Source: Haplodiscus bocki (lineage: Eukaryota). From it: a stretch of DNA of 64,000 nt. The DNA is taken from NCBI GenBank assembly GCA_965655095.1, contig OZ296657.1:20770001-20834000 (forward strand). Reading direction: 5' to 3'. Below are positions 51,851-64,000 of this stretch, in pieces; positions within the stretch are counted from its first letter, which is position 1, and the number at the start of each line of letters is the position of its first letter. Under the pieces are notes generated by a model. That model worked only from the letters and a program-made list of their open reading frames with translations, had not been told where the DNA came from and made no database searches. The translations under genes were made by a program, and so were the position numbers.

Positions 51851-52779
51851 TGTCCCTGTTTTGAATTCATCTTCAAACCTTCATTTTATTTTTTTTAAAT
51901 CCCAGTTGCTTCCATTTAATTATTTCACCTCACTGGTTATTTGCCGGCGAAGAATGTCGATGACAGCACCCCGCAGTAGCAGCAGGTGGAACCGGAGGAG
52001 AAAAGTCCAATCAAGGGTACCAGGAGCCTAATGCCTTGGGTATAAGGATATTGCAGTTATTTTCGACAACCCAGAGGACGTGCTGCCTACAATCAACCGA
52101 ACAATTAGATCTGCTCAGCCACTAGATTTCACCTTCAACTGTTCTTTACCCAGCCCAAAGCAAGTTTTTCTCCTCCATTGGACTTTCTCCTTAATCCCAA
52201 GAAAAACCTCGCTATTCGGACCAATATCATCTACCCAATGCTTTTCTATTGGCTGAAAAAGTAAAACAGCTGGATACAACGATCTGAGCAACCCAGGCCC
52301 ACGTTCAAGGAAAAAAGTACTATCTCAACCTTTGAAGGAAAAACGTCCGAAACGACAATACACCACTCCAGCAACTTGTCAGTTGAGCATCTAACTGGTA
52401 TCCGCTCATGTTTAAAATATAGCCCACCAAGACGGATAGGAATGGGGAAAACTTGGATAACCACGGGCTGCTCCTCCCCTCAACCCGAATTCCGTTTCCC
52501 ACCGGAGTGGTATAAATGAACTCAAAACTTACCGGGTTTTACCCGTTCACAAGTATAAGGACAAGGAAACAAGAAAAAAAAACAATTTTACCCGATTTGC
52601 GCACTCTCACCGCTATTATGACGGTTATTATGGTCCCTCCTGTATTTCCATTCACCTTTGCTGCGTTTTAACTTCTCTAATTTATAGAAAGTCACAGGAA
52701 AAACTTAATTTTGCAAGAGTTCACAAAAAATTGTAGGAAAAAGCGTCAAAAGAAACAAAAACCAAGTAACATTACAATT

Positions 52780-53354
52780 ACTGTGTAAAATTATCCGAAA
52801 ACTTCAACAAGTCCAAACAAAGGTTGTGCTTTATTCACAGATTGCATGTGTTGTTTCATGCGACCTTTGTTTTTTTAAGGTATTTGGGCAAATGCAGAAG
52901 TTTGTCTTTAATAGTTTTTGTCTACGGATCCTTTGTTTAACGTCCATTTCAAGCCAAAGACTTGTGAAATAGTTTTTTGACATAACGTTTCCGAGATCTC
53001 GACATCCTTTTTTCAGGCAAGCGAAACGCTCATTTTGAGACCAGTAGGTTTCTACAAGCGAATTCATTATAAACGCACCTTCGAATTTATCTTGTTTAAT
53101 AACATAATTTTGAAGATCAAAGTTTGCGTTTCAGTTTCAGTGTCATGATGCTTGTTAACAAATACCACAATTTGAGTTAAAACTGAATGCAGTGACGTTG
53201 GATTTTTGTCTTGCCATGTTGTAAGAAGTCAAGGTCATGGCTGGGGTGGCTGACATTGTCCGAAGTTGAAAAACTGCATCACGGAAGTTACATTTGTGAT
53301 TTATATGTGGAGATAGAATTCTTTTTTGTTTCATCCTTTCTCGGTCTTTTGGCT
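52780..53354 (+). repeat. U2 spacer/promoter plus U2 nt 1-22 (53333-53354)
   Basis: Spacer homology; ATCCTTTCTCGGTCTTTTGGCT; duplicate at 58593-59166. Confidence 0.85.
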
Positions 53355-53720
53355 GTCTCGGTTACACGGATGAGTTGGCTGTTGTGAATGATGTCTCAAC
53401 TCTGCCATTGGTTTTGGAAGAGATAGTCTCGCTTGCTACCCTTCTCGGACTGTCCTACAATCCGAAGAAATGCGGTGTCGCTAATTACTCACCGAGTCTC
53501 ATGATTAACGGAGAAAAAATACCAATAGTAGATGATACCCATGCTTACAAATATTTGGGTACCAAAGCAATTTCCTCCAAGCTGGGTGGACTGGAAGCTA
53601 CTTTCGACAAGACATGGAAAATGGCCGATTTCGTTGAAATGTCGTCTCTAACACCAATGCAAAAACTCCATGCTCTTCGAACATACATTCTACCCAAACT
53701 GATGCACCTCCTTGAAAATA
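53355..53720 (+). mobile_element. Utopia-like RT fragment (duplicate at 59167-59532)
   Basis: CLGYTDE, YKYLG, LTPMQKLHALRTY. Confidence 0.88.
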
Positions 53721-53780
53721 ACCCCCTTTCTGTAGCATTTTATAGTATCTTTCCGCGGTTGATAAAGTTGACAAAGAAAA

Positions 53781-54626
53781 ATGGAACCGTACAACAGACA
53801 AACGGCCAGTAGTTTCGTCGGAAGGGCCCCTATTTCGGAGACAACTACCTCTGGGGTGATGTATAGCCAGGCCCCCGAAGAAGCTCGAATGGCCAACATG
53901 CCGGCTACCGCGGGGATATTACCTCTGACAATAAGAGCAGGGAACCCCCAGAGCACATATCGCCTGAACAAGATCGAAACACCCCGTCCCAACACGGAGT
54001 ATGTGTATTTTCATTTGGAAAAATATTGTACACTAGACGCATTGTGGTCCCCGCAATGGTTAAAGTTGAGTATCTACTGTGCAATGACGAGGGAAATTTT
54101 AATGGCTGTCATCAACGCAGCAATGGAACGACCGGAACGAACCCATTTCCTTCTTACTCTCACCCGAGTCCTGGCTCTACCGGATTTGGCCCCGCGTGCA
54201 GAAGGAAATCCACTTAGTACGCGGTTTCATTGGAAAACACCCATGCACGAGGTTATGTGGTCTTGACTGCAAACAGGAGAATCGCCATGGGATTTTCCTT
54301 ATCAGATGTATCCCCAGCCACCGGCCCGACCCCGAGTGGACATCGCGACTTTCCAACGGGCGATGTTTACACATTTGCTACCATCGACATCCGCGACACC
54401 GGCGGCGACGACTGCTACCCCCACCCCGTCGACTGCAACAAGCGCGGAAACGGCAATTCAGGAGCTGGGAGTTAACGTTGACGTAGAAAAAGACACCGAT
54501 AGCGTGGATACAACTGCCGCAGTGATTTTCACTCCCCCGAGGGTAGTCAAGAAAGATATTAAACGACCAGTACCGATATCTCCTCCTGGAACGAAGAAGA
54601 ACCAGCCCGGTACCTCGGCATTGTAA
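53781..54626 (+). pseudogene. ~280-codon ORF of unknown function upstream of the PPT, one internal TGA
   Basis: ORFs 53781-54266 and 54306-54626 are in the same frame; P/T-rich C-terminus; 5' part duplicated at 59593-59858. Confidence 0.55.
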
Positions 54627-54921
54627 GGTAGAAGAAGAGAAGATACATAACAGGGCGGAAAGTTTTGGTTCGGTAATGTTAATAAACTTTCTAATTTTGA
54701 CACCGTTGTACTGAAGCTAAGAAGTGCATTTTAGTAACCGTTAATTGTAATTGTTGTTCAAAGGTACTTCAGTGTACATTATATATCTATTATTCGTGAC
54801 AGGAAGTTATTAAAGATGTGATTGATACAATGCACTTTGACCAAACAGTCATTAAAAAATTGACAAAACAGAAAAGAACACGAAAAATTCAATAAACCGA
54901 CTACTCAGGAGAGTAGTAGTC

Positions 54922-54942
54922 GAAGTGGGGCGGGGGGGGGAA
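54922..54942 (+). promoter_or_regulatory. polypurine tract
   Basis: GAAGTGGGGCGGGGGGGGGAA immediately before the TG of LTR copy 2. Confidence 0.85.
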
Positions 54943-57900
54943 TGTGAGATTTCTGCCATAGTTTTTTTTTCTATAAATGTTTATTAAATTTTCATTGTCA
55001 TCTAAAATTAGTTAAATTGAAAGGTACTCGATAAGATATAAGATATACAAATGATTAATGGTGAAATGAGAGCCAAGGAGAACGCTCTACGCGAGTAAAC
55101 AGCACTGCAGCAAAAGTTGGTCTAATTCGAACCCCAAATATAACGTCCATTTTCTCGAAGACTATTATAGATAGAGCAAAACGGTTTTCACCAATGAAAA
55201 CTACATTCCAAGACGAACAAGTTGGGTGATTTTCACCGCATTCTGAAAATTAAAAGTTGTCGAAAAATTAAAACGAAAAATATTACGGTCCGGAAAATGG
55301 TAAAATCGTGATTTCACAGTTCAGTTGCAACTTTAGAAGCGTATAAAAATGAAAGCGGAGTGGACACAAATTGTTATAAATACAATAGGAATACAATAGG
55401 AGTGATTTTGGAATGAATTTTGACCACGCGCACGGCCGCCACCACCCCACGTTTTTGCATATTTACGCTCTCGCTGATCAAAAATAGACCTGTTTTTTTA
55501 ATGCTCCCCAATGTTTGCTTGCTTATTTCTCGAAGATGAGAAAAGATATCGACAAACGGTTTTCACCATTGTAAACTACATCTATGTGAGAGCTTAAGTT
55601 TGGAATATGACCAAAATCGGACGAATTTAAGATATTGAAAAATCGTAGTAACCGAAAAGTGTACCCCCGAAATTGCCAAAATGAGTTTAGTTAAAAATTT
55701 ATTCTGAGCGAACCACGCATCAGAAAAGGCTCGTATTAGTCTTAAACGGAAGATATTTGAATGGACTAATGTCCCTGAAAAAATGAATCGATTATATTCA
55801 GTCATTTTGGAGAACTGAGTAAGAAATCGCCAAAAAACGCCCAAAATAGCCTAAAATCGTCAAAAATCGCAGTTTTTCGCCTACCATATTATTAGCGATC
55901 GAAAGCTTATTATTAGGAGGAATAGAAAATAACAATAGAACAAGCTTAGCCAGCTACAAATGGCCGCCCCACAAAATTGCAACTAGCTAAATTCACGGAT
56001 TTTGGAAAATGTCGACTTGCAAAACGGCTAGCGGTCCACCCCGCACCTTTTTGAAGATAGAAAGCTCAAAATTTAACACAATGTTCCTAACAACCTCCCC
56101 CAGGAAACTGACCGAGGATTTTTCGAAATTTTGCCTGTACGTTGAGAAAATCGACTCTGAAGGTGGACCCAGGTAGTCAAAAATGGCCAAAATCGGTACT
56201 TTTGCGGAAAATTGAATAACTTTTTTTTGAGACCAGCTAGAGAGCTCATCTTTTCGTTAAAATACTCTTACTTGAATGTACTAACAGGAAAATACCACCC
56301 CCGCCCTGGGAAAAATTTATACGTTGAGAAAAATGACCTCAAATGTGACCAAAAATCGATTTTTCGGATATGGAATTTTGACTACTTTCAGGAAATCGCA
56401 TTTTTCGACCATCAATATTGAAAATAACTATAACAAAGTATACATTGCCAGAAACTACATCAAACACCGCGTGTAATAATGTGCTCATTTCATTTTTATG
56501 ACGTTTATGATAGGCACAATTAATTATTGAATTCTACTCAAAAATTACGCCTTTTTTTGGACATTTCTTTTTGCATGGATATTATGACGGGAATGGTTAG
56601 GGAAGATATGTTAACCACTTATTTTGGAAGTACTTGGTCACGCGCGACGAGTAGAATAGCTGACACATCAACCGAAAGAGCATGTCAATCAAAATGGTGA
56701 CATAAACGAATTGAAACGAAGAGGAATTTTCTTAATCATTTTTAACACCCCCGTTTTGCCAGTGGATACGACCAAAATCAATTAATCATAACTGATGTAA
56801 GCGAAGAAAATAGACACCGAGTAGTACCAAAACTGATGATTACTGTACCGAAGTGAAATAAACGATATAACCAACGAAAATTGATAGTCATTTTATGAAT
56901 TATTGGACACGAATAACCGGATGACTGACAGTAATGCCGAAAGTAATTGAATGGTACCGAAAGCCAGAAAAGTGGCTAAAAACGGAACTTTCAATTAGTA
57001 ATAGATGACGAATAGAACAGAAAGTGATAATATTGGAAACGAGTTAAACGAATGACTAAGATGTAACACTAGATGAAAATACGCCCGAAGACGAACGAAA
57101 AAGTGAAGTGCTAGGCACACAAAGGGGGTTGAAATCTGGAGAACGGTTTGCTACTTTGCTGTCAACGGATAGAGTACGAGTCTTTGAGTCCGGGACTAAA
57201 GATTGCAGATTTACTTTATCAACCCTTGTTAGAGGGTCTGGGACTTTTTGACTCCAGATTGTGAGATTGTGATCCAGGATCATCGTCTGTTGTCGTGACT
57301 GAATTGGGAAGTTGGACTTCGCCAGATTCTTTTGAGATGTTCTTCTTTAACGCCGTGAGACGCGGGTTAGAGAGTAATTTGGGCCCCAGCGGTGGCTGAA
57401 CCGTGGATTAGTTAGAGATAGCAGTCCGGGACTGTTTCGCATCACTCCAAGAACGTTGGAGAAAGGCGGCAAGTTATTGAAATACAACTTTATTTTCTCA
57501 ATCATTTGCTGGTTGAGTACCTTTCAATTCTTCCTTCGGGAAATCTTCTTGTTGTTTTAACCCCGTTTGATCTGATTTGTTTATTGGTTCTGTGAACAAT
57601 ATATTACTCAAAGTATTATCCATTATTTAATCGATATCCAGTAATAAAAGTATTATTCTGTGAAAGATATTATTTAGCATGATTGTATTATTCTATTACT
57701 TTGTGTCATTTAATTAACTTTGAGATAGTTTCTCATGAGAGAAAATTTTATTTAACAGACAAGAGCTACGAGACACCCTTTAAAAGAAGAATCAAGACAG
57801 AACCGCGTTTCTTAGCGCATCTTACCCCCACCGCCTCCGAATTATTAGACTTGTCTTTTCTTTCGGAGTTATAAATTTTTTGTGGATGCTCCGCCGATCC

Positions 57901-58030
57901 CCCGTCTCGTGCATCTGGTACACGCGCTTAATGGAGTAGTAGTGGAGCATTTTAAAAACAGAGTAGAAAAACTCCTCAGTGATTCGATTCCTCTTTGGCG
58001 GTTGTTAAAGCTACTTTTCAAAATTCTACA
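54943..58030 (+). mobile_element. long terminal repeat, copy 2 (3088 bp), with PPT before and PBS after
   Basis: Same termini as copy 1; few substitutions and a ~29-bp indel. Confidence 0.85.
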
Positions 58031-60146
58031 GTGGCGCTCCTGGGTGGGCTGTCCCTGTTTTGAATTCATCTTCAAACCTTCATTTTATTTTTTTTAAATC
58101 CCAGTTGCTTCCATTTAATTATTTCACCTCACTGGTTATTTGCCGGCGAAGAATGTCGATGACAGCACCCCGCAGTAGCAGCAGGTGGAACCGGAGAAAA
58201 GTCCAATCAAGGGTACCTGGATGCCTCTGGGGGAATAAGTTGTTCTCGTAACCGTGAGAAAAACCTGTTTTAATAACTTTGATTCTTTTATAATCACTCT
58301 CCCACCTGTATTTATTTGCCCCCATGAAAGATTTACTTTAACTTTTGAGTGATTTACTTTAATTTTCTCCCTTAGTGATCAATTCCCGTGAAGGAAATTC
58401 TAAAGTCTTTCCCCACTTGGACAAATAAAAAAATTATATAAGTTAGGGAAATGCAAATGTTAACCAGGGAAAACCCTGGAAATGATGAGTAAGGACGTAG
58501 TTGATAATTTCTCAGTCACTGCTCAATTCATTCCGTCCTAAAAATTGTTGCTAGTCAGTTGATTGCTCGATCGAACAAAAAAAAACGATCGAACTGTGTA
58601 AAATTATCCGAAAACTTCAACAAGTCCAAACAAAGGTTGTGCTTTATTCACAGATTGCATGTGTTGTTTCATGCGACCTTTGTTTTTTTAAGGTATTTGG
58701 GCAAATGCAGAAGTTTGTCTTTAATAGTTTTTGTCTACGGATCCTTTGTTTAACGTCCATTCAAGCCAAAGACTTGTGAAATAGTTTTTTGACATAACGT
58801 TTCCGAGATCTCGACATCCTTTTTTCAGGCAAGCGAAACGCTCATTTTGAGACCAGTAGGTTTCTACAAGCGAATTCATTATAAACGCACCTTCGAATTT
58901 ATCTTGTTTAATAACATAATTTTGAAGATCAAAGTTTGCGTTTCAGTTTCAGTGTCATGATGCTTGTTAACAAATACCACAATTTGAGTTAAAACTGAAT
59001 GCAGTGACGTTGGATTTTTGTCTTGCCATGTTGTAAGAAGTCAAGGTCATGGCTGGGGTGGCTGACATTGTCCGAAGTTGAAAAACTGCATCACGGAAGT
59101 TACATTTGTGATTTATATGTGGAGATAGAATTCTTTTTTGTTTCATCCTTTCTCGGTCTTTTGGCTGTCTCGGTTACACGGATGAGTTGGCTGTTGTGAA
59201 TGATGTCTCAACTCTGCCATTGGTTTTGGAAGAGATAGTCTCGCTTGCTACCCTTCTCGGACTGTCCTACAATCCGAAGAAATGCGGTGTCGCTAATTAC
59301 TCACCGAGTCTCATGATTAACGGAGAAAAAATACCAATAGTAGATGATACCCATGCTTACAAATATTTGGGTACCAAAGCAATTTCCTCCAAGCTGGGTG
59401 GACTGGAAGCTACTTTCGACAAGACATGGAAAATGGCCGATTTCGTTGAAATGTCGTCTCTAACACCAATGCAAAAACTCCATGCTCTTCGAACATACAT
59501 TCTACCCAAACTGATGCACCTCCTTGAAAATAACCCCCTTTCCGTAGCATTTTATAGTATCTTTCCGCGGTTGATAAAGTTGACAAAGAAAAATGGAACC
59601 GTACAACAGACAAACGGCCAGTAGTTTCGTCGGAAGGGCCCCTATTTCGGAGACAACTACCTCTGGGGTGATGTATAGCCAGGCCCCCGAAGAAGCTCGA
59701 ATGGCCAACATGCCGGCTACCGCGGGGATACTACCTTCGACAATAAGAGCAGGGAACCCCCAGAGCACATATCGCCTGAACAAGATCGAAACACCCCGTC
59801 CCAACACGGAGTATGTGTATTTTCATTTGGAAAAATATTGTACACTAGACGCATTGTGGTACCAGCCCCGGAGCTCCAGACTTTCCCACCAGACGACACA
59901 ACGTTATTAATAAATTAGTTAACGACATCCATCCGGCAGTTTCACCAATAACCATGCTCAAACTACGACAGAAGCCGCAGAATCAACACCCCTGGACATC
60001 TCTCTCTTCTGGGCCCGTGATTAGGAGCGCGGCTGGGGAAGCACTAGACGGGGGAGGCTGCCCAACCGCATAACAGCAAGTAAATCACCAGTCGAACGAA
60101 TGGTCTGGAAAAACTTACGGTAATTATTAAATAAACACCCCGTGAC

Positions 60147-60296
60147 AAACTATGGTGAACATGCAGTGCTGTTTTTTTGCTTTATTCGAAAAACAAAAGC
60201 GCTAATTTCATTTACAAATATGTGAAAAATTATGATGTAGAATAACGGAAATTAATTTGAATATCAGAAATTCTCAGCTTTTTGGGTAAGATCATG
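60147..60296 (+). other. diverged Tx1-type 3' end plus U2 nt 6-31 (60271-60296)
   Basis: AAATTATG...TAATTTGAATATCAGAAA|TTCTCAGCTTTTTGGGTAAGATCATG. Confidence 0.7.
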
Positions 60297-63282
60297 CCTC
60301 ACTCCAGTTCGGGCCAACGCCGTTAGTATGGCCGCAAAGGCCCGAAGTAGCCATACTCGCCAATGTCATGGCAGCGTAGCCAACCCAACCACCAACACTC
60401 TACCTTTTGTACCCACATTCAACACGGACACTTTCCAGGCGCCACGCTCAGTTGATGCAGATGTAGCCACACCTTCAGCTTCCCCCACCCGACAACGTAA
60501 CGTCGACCATGTACGGTGCGACAATCAATACTCGCCAATATCAACGGCCAACCTCCCCAGTTCGACTGCTGACGATTATCCAATGACTGTTTAAGACCCA
60601 ACTCCTGATGTGAATGAAGTCATTGCTGCCCCAATTCTGACGAAACCCGCGCCAGCAAAACAGGACGGTCTGAAGTCCTTGTTCCGTCTAACTCCTACAA
60701 AAACTTCACAGCTCTAACCCCAAACGCGCGCTAGACAAAATACAGATGTTGCCAACGATCAACTGCGAAGTTGACCCTGTGGACCTCCGTTACGAGCTGC
60801 TTCAACAACTCGAGTCAAAAGGCACACAGGTCCCGCACAAAGTACTCTGGTCCAGATGCAGAGATGATGTGGAAGTACTCTCCGCACCCTTTACTGACGC
60901 TGAAGTCAAGGAAGCCCTGAAGCACCCGGATAAGGCGCCCGGACCTGATTGCTGAAAGTACAGAGAGCTAGCACAGATGGACGACTTCGTGCCAAAATTC
61001 ACAGAGCTCCAGCACTTGATTACTAGCAGAGGAGAAATACCAAACTGCTGGAGGGTGTACAACACAATGCTCCGGTTCAAGAAGCCAGAAGAATATGGAC
61101 CTGAGAAAGAGAAAGTATTAAAGAACTTTCGCCTGATCGCCTTGTCGAACGTGGCATACAAGACCATGGCAGCTAATTTGTGTCGAAGGCTGGGAAAATG
61201 GTTGGAACAGAATAAGGGGAATAGAAAAGGTATTCACAGAGGTCAGTGTTTTCAAGAAGAGGTGTCCAAGAAAACACCCTCTCAGTAGCAGAGGCTTTAC
61301 GTGCCAAGAAGCCTGTTGTATACCTTGACCTCAGCGACGCCTTCAACACTGTAGAATATCCGTTGATACACGCAGCCCTCCAACAGTCATGATGCCCAGG
61401 ATGGATACTGGAGATCGTGCAGTCAGTGTACATCAACTGCATCACAACCCCTGTGGATCTGTCTGGGAAGCCTCTCGACGGTCCTGTTCCTGTATCATGC
61501 GGTGTACGACAAGGCTGCCCCCTGAGCAGTCTGATTTTCAGCCTGGTACTAGATCTGGTGCTCCAAGCAGCCTCGGGGGCCAGGAACAATCTGTCTCGGG
61601 TATATGGACGACATCGCCATTATTTTCGACAACCCTGATGACGTCACAAACACCCTTGACCGCACAGTCAAAGCTGCACAGTCACTTGGTTTCTTTTTCA
61701 ATATATCCAAGTGTGGAATCACTAACTACAAGGGTGCTGTCGCAATCAACAACACAGCGCTACCACGTGTCACCGATGATGATAGAGCGTACAAATACTT
61801 TGGAACGGAAACCTCCACCAGCACCGTTGGCGGACAAGATATTTGTTTACAGAAGACATGGGAACTGGCGGAGAAGACTGAAACATCAGATCTTACGCCT
61901 ATGCAGAAACTCCATGCTGTACGAACCAACGTCTTGCCAATGATGTACCACCTGGTCGAAAACTCATACACAACACAAGACAGACTGTACGGCATCAACA
62001 GAAGACTCAGGAAGCTGACCAAACGGCTGTGCTGCCTTCCGGAAAGAGCAGCAAATGCCTACATTCAATTAGACTGAATGTATGGGGGACCGGGCATTCC
62101 AGATTTTGTTGTATGAAAGCGAGATTGACTTTGCAAACCTTCATCCCAGCAATCAATCTGGGCGATGAATTCGGTGAAAAAGTGCGTACCCTAATCCAGA
62201 AGAATCTCAGCTCGTCCGAATTGATACAGAAGATCAACAGCGGCTCCAAGTCTGGTCTGTCACTACTTGGAAAAGAAGTGAGCATGGCGATAACACGAAT
62301 TGAAAAGTACCTGGGCTGTGACTTGAGACTTGACTTACACGAATCAGAAAGCTTTGTCTTGTACATTAACAACATGATGTACAAAGACCCAAACCCTACC
62401 CTAAATCTGCTGATACGAAAACAAGGCCTGAAAAACCTATGTAATGCCACGAATCAAGGACGCTTCTGGAAATCGCTAAGCAAAAAAACTATAGCTACCA
62501 AACTGGTCTACAGTTTCCACACAAAGATGTGCGACTAGAGACATGCACATTCAGCAAGACTAAATCTGACCTCACTGAAAGGAAGCTTCAATTGGAGTAC
62601 TAGACGTAACGAGGCATGCAGATGTCAGACAGGACGAGAAATTTTAAATCATGTACTGAATAACTGCCCTGTTCAGAGACGTGACATAATTCAACGGCAT
62701 AACAACATCAGGGACACTCTTATACACAAGCTTCCAAAAGACCCCAAAATTTTTCGAGAGGAACGTTTTGGCAACCTCCAAGCAGACATGATTGTGGAAG
62801 ATTCCATGAAGAATGAAGCATACATACTGGACGTCAAAATCTCATCTGAAGACACCAACCTTTTCGCGGAGAATGAGCATCGGATGAAAGAGAAATACGA
62901 GCCCCTACGACGAGCATATGAACTCAGAGGCACAAGGGCGACAACGTCAACAATACAGCTTGGCTGCCTCGGTTCCATATCAAGGTCCACAAGCGAAACA
63001 CTTCTGAGACTTCTCGGGAACAGAAGAGAAACCAGACGCCTTATGGTCCAGCTTTCCTGTCAGGCCTCGCATGCAGCTCGTAACCTGATGGTTCACTTTC
63101 TCAGTGGTCAAAAACAAAACATGTGAAGCTAATGAAGACAGAACTCAACAGTTCTCCTCAAACTCAAATTTAACCGTATTCCCGTGTTTCTTTCTAATCA
63201 ATTTATTCTTCTACTTCCACCAATATATTGAATTGACAATTCCACGTATAATTTATCTTATTTATGCCAATTTAAACACTTC
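60297..63282 (+). mobile_element. 5'-truncated Utopia-like element flanked by both U2 halves
   Basis: SSHTRQC, APGPD, YLDLSDAF, GVRQGCPLS, YMDD, LTPMQKLH, ARLNL, RHN, ILDVKI..KYEPLRRAY. Confidence 0.9.
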
Positions 63283-63436
63283 ATCTGTTCTTGTCAGCTT
63301 AAAATCTGGCACGGTGGGCACCGCCTACCTCCAATAATAAACTGATTTTTGATCCACGGTCTAGGCAAAAACGCTTGCTTCAGCCGGACCACGGACTGTC
63401 CTGGTCTTACACTCCCACCAGGTACGGTCCTCCAAT
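63283..63436 (+). ncRNA. U2: U2 snRNA 3' part; spacer follows to ~63625
   Basis: Same structure as the other copies. Confidence 0.9.
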
Positions 63437-64000
63437 CGATAATTTCGAACTCATTATCTTCTCAACTGGATCTGACTAGTGATGCTTGAAGATTCGATAT
63501 TGACCTTGGTGAGTGAATGCTTTGCCTTTTTTGTTGAATCGTTTGATGAAGTTCGTTTTTGCGTTTTCGTCTTTGCAGTATAGCTGAATTTTTTGTTTTT
63601 CATCTTCTTCCAGTGCCGCCCATATGTGTCAGGTTACCTACCTCCTCCAACCTATTACCAGGAGTTTCATATTGTTGACACGAGTGTCTGTCTACTGGAG
63701 TAACTTGTCATCCGACAACAACAGCGCAGTCACAGAATATCTCTCGCAGAACAATAGCTGCAGCGGGGACCGATTTAACCCTAAGTGGTCCAGGGGTACG
63801 AAAACGTACCGAAAGTCAATTCAAGCTGCAGCGGAAGTCACGTGACTTGTAATTCTTTCGGATCCAGGAGCTTTTAACCAATCAAATTTGAGAATGAAAG
63901 AACGAAAGCGGAATGTTGTTTTGACCGCTGATGGTACTCGCTTACAAAATCAATATTACAAAATGCAAGATGCGCCTTGAGTTATGCGCAGCAAAACTGC

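Noticed and set aside
49343-51898. Short ORFs in the 3.1-kb repeat and in the U2 spacer that recur in the ORF track
   Set aside because: They recur only because the DNA is duplicated; no protein motifs

Overview
Eukaryotic (metazoan-type) heterochromatic DNA with no intact host protein-coding gene. The backbone is a tandem array of U2 snRNA genes (unit about 1.09 kb: about 190 nt U2 plus about 0.9 kb spacer/promoter, all on +), and every U2 copy in the window is broken by retrotransposons. Three unrelated non-LTR lineages occupy three different positions in U2, all in the U2 sense orientation. (A) An L1/Tx1-clade APE element sits at the U2 5' end with a 14-bp TSD of U2 nt 6-19 (five independent 3' junctions). 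(B) About ten divergent R2/NeSL-type RLE families (Utopia-like) end at U2 nt 38/39, the branch-point recognition region. (C) One RTE-X/CR1-group-like element sits at the Sm site with a ~15-bp TSD. Single U2 genes are often hit twice (A+B, B+C). All three lineages lack poly(A) tails and end in the same AATTYAA(A)TATT motif a few nt before U2. Other features: a conserved pseudoknot-type element in Utopia 3' UTRs; an antisense tRNA-derived Pol III cassette between inverted repeats in the Tx1 3' UTR; a non-canonical U2 loop IV; a 3.1-kb-LTR retrotransposon (tRNA-Asn PBS) in tandem with U2 promoter DNA inside; an AT-rich, possibly viral block at 27.9-31.7 kb; and pervasive deletions that fuse fragments. 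Family and clade names come from motif recognition only, not database searches.
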